From Candidatus Iainarchaeum sp. (GTDB lineage Archaea > B1Sed10-29): 33,925 nt of DNA. Shown piece after piece: positions 32,434 to 33,925 of this stretch. Position 1 is the first letter of the stretch. Every line of letters begins with the position of its first letter. The stretch spans positions 1 to 33,925 of the forward strand of contig PULY01000028.1 of NCBI GenBank assembly GCA_003551125.1. The letters run 5' to 3'. The translations under genes and the position numbers were made by a program. The notes beneath the pieces are model-generated. The model did not search any database and was not told where the DNA came from. It worked only from the letters and a program-made list of their open reading frames with translations.

Positions 32434-32479
32434 TTTTGAAGTTTAGTATGTTAGTATGGTTTATTTTTTTACTTCAAAA
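32434..32479. terminator. 9-bp inverted repeat with flanking T-runs between convergent genes
   Basis: TTTTGAAGT (32434-42) pairs with ACTTCAAAA (32471-79). There is a T7 at 32464-70 on plus and a T5 on minus (32476-80). The loop holds the tandem TTAGTATG TTAGTATG. Confidence 0.35.
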
Positions 32480-32483
32480 AATA

Positions 32484-33401
32484 TTATTTATCTTGTAAAT
32501 ACTGAAAAATACTCTGTATAGCTCTTGAGCCTTGGTAAGCTGCAGTTATTACTTGTTTAAATTTATTATCAGTTACATCTCCTGCTGCGTATATTCCAGG
32601 AACATTTGTGCTCATTTCTTTATCTACTTTTATCTCTCCGCTTTTACTAGTTTCTATATCTAGATTCTTCAGTAACTCAGTCGTTGGAACTCCTCCTATG
32701 TTTATGAACAGTCCTTCTATCTCAAGTTCTTTACTTCCTTTATAAGAATTATCGAGGACCACTTTATTCATCATTTTATTTCCTTTGATTTCCTTCACGT
32801 TAGTATTATTTATTATCTCTATCTTTCCTTCTTCCACTTTTTCATAAATCTTTTTCTTTGTCATTGGCTCTGGACGAATTTCATCTCTTCTATATATTAT
32901 ATAAACTTTTTTAGCATGTTCAGTTAATAGTAAAGCTTCTTTTGCAGCTGAATCGCTTCCTCCAACAACTCCTACTTCTACATCTTTAAAAAGTGGAGCG
33001 TCGCAAACTGCACAGTAACTTACTCCTTTTCCTCTGTATTTTTTCTCTCCAGGTATTTTCAATTTCCTGTGTCTTCTACCTGTGGCTATGAGCAATGATT
33101 TTGTTTCGTATTCTTCTCCATTTTTAGTAAATACTTTAAATTTATCCTTATTTTTTTCTATTCTTGTCGCTTCATCTTCCGTTATTTCTTTTCCTAGAGA
33201 TTCTAAGTGTTCTTCAAATTCTTCTGCAAGTTCTTCTCCTGTTGTTTTACCTAGTCCAGGGTAATTTTCAACTGTATGTCCCTCTTTAATCGTTCCTCCT
33301 ATCTCTTCTCCTATTATCTCTGTATCTAAATTATAAACTGATGAATATATTCCACCTGATATTCCTGCTGGTCCAGTTCCTATTATTAGCAAATCTTTCA
33401 T
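32484..33401 (-). CDS. trxB: thioredoxin reductase (low-Mr TrxR family)
   Basis: GTGPAG FAD motif, redox CAVCD, GGSDSAAKEA...YRRDE NAD(P)H motif and GIYAAGD. 305 aa. SD is GGAGG. Confidence 0.88.
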   Translation of the reverse strand: MKDLLIIGTGPAGISGGIYSSVYNLDTEIIGEEIGGTIKEGHTVENYPGLGKTTGEELAEEFEEHLESLGKEITEDEATRIEKNKDKFKVFTKNGEEYETKSLLIATGRRHRKLKIPGEKKYRGKGVSYCAVCDAPLFKDVEVGVVGGSDSAAKEALLLTEHAKKVYIIYRRDEIRPEPMTKKKIYEKVEEGKIEIINNTNVKEIKGNKMMNKVVLDNSYKGSKELEIEGLFINIGGVPTTELLKNLDIETSKSGEIKVDKEMSTNVPGIYAAGDVTDNKFKQVITAAYQGSRAIQSIFQYLQDK

Positions 33402-33560
33402 TTTTGATTCCTCCTTCTATTCTAATTATAAATATGCTATCTGAGTTAATATTACTCCATTTATTACTTATAAATTTGTTGTGGTTTTCAAAACAAAATC
33501 CTTTATTCAGAGATAAATGCTTAAATATATTCAGGTTTTTCTTTTTTCCAGGTGGTAAAA

Positions 33561-33925
33561 ATGAAATATAATGATAAGAAGAGCCTTAGAACTCATAAAA
33601 ATAATGATATAACTACAGGAACATCTTTAGTTAATCCTGAACATGTTTCTCAGTCAGGATTATGCTCTATATGCACAATGGAAGGAAACTGCGAAGTTGG
33701 AAAAAGAGCAAAAACAGGAGAAACTCTTTTCCCGGAACCTTTCGGAACTGCTCAATTTGGAGGAGAGAAAAAAACACCTTGTTTGGATGATTTACAAATA
33801 ATTCCTGAATTATACGGTCCAAGTATAGATTTTGAAGAAGTAAAAGTATCTTCAAAGATAGGTAGCTTCCAAGTATCTTTACCAGTTACAATAGCATCCA
33901 TGGGATCCACAAAAGTAGCTCACCA
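33561..33925 (+). CDS. GltB-like FMN-binding glutamate-synthase-family protein, N-terminal fragment (continues past the window end)
   Basis: Absent from the ORF track because it has no stop. It is open from ATG 33561 (SD GGTGGT): MKYNDKK...CSICTMEGNCEVGKRAKTGETLFPEPFGTAQFGG...LPVTIASMGSTKVAH, which resembles archaeal GltB domain-2 proteins. Confidence 0.55.
   Translation, partial: MKYNDKKSLRTHKNNDITTGTSLVNPEHVSQSGLCSICTMEGNCEVGKRAKTGETLFPEPFGTAQFGGEKKTPCLDDLQIIPELYGPSIDFEEVKVSSKIGSFQVSLPVTIASMGSTKVAH

Overview
This is an AT-rich archaeal window: RNA polymerase subunit B is split into B''/B', eL/eS ribosomal proteins and aEF2/aEF1A are present, and nearly every gene has a GGTGA(T)/GGAGG Shine-Dalgarno.

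About 30.5 kb form one co-directional minus-strand information-processing supercluster. Its order is: small acidic ORF, tRNA-Pro (interrupted), tRNA-Asp, rpoH-rpoB''-rpoB'-rpoA'-rpoA'', eL30, nusA, uS12, uS7, aEF2, aEF1A, uS10. A bridging block follows (dCMP deaminase, tRNA-Ser, pyrH, a 4-TM protein). The cluster then continues with uL3-uL4-uL23-uL2-uS19-uL22-uS3-uL29-aSUI1-Rpp29-uS17-uL14-uL24-eS4-uL5-uS14-uS8-uL6-eL32-eL19-uL18-uS5-uL30-uL15-secY-adk-DUF106 insertase-cmk. The cmk ORF runs off the left edge and is absent from the ORF track.

Only the right-hand ~3.4 kb looks accessory. It holds an HDAC-family deacetylase, a DUF134 HTH protein fused to a Zn ribbon, a DUF5320 R/G-rich protein, a frameshifted remnant of a small Zn-ribbon gene, thioredoxin reductase, and the 5' part of a GltB-like FMN protein that runs off the right edge.

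I see no rRNA, CRISPR, transposase, integrase, or recognisable defence or toxin genes. I did not find a convincing new multi-gene system.

The observations most worth follow-up are:
- a tRNA-Pro(CGG) with a 32-nt intron inside the T-loop;
- a 109-aa acidic protein whose C-terminus mimics the ribosomal stalk (P1) factor-binding tail;
- the uncharacterised DUF134-Zn-ribbon/DUF5320 module with a perfect 16-bp palindrome at its predicted promoter;
- several small intergenic signals (a G8AAG5 tract, direct repeats at the tuf promoter, twin hairpins upstream of uL3).

All calls rest on hand translation, motif recognition and synteny; no searches were run. Most plus-strand ORFs in the track are antisense artefacts of the T-rich strand.
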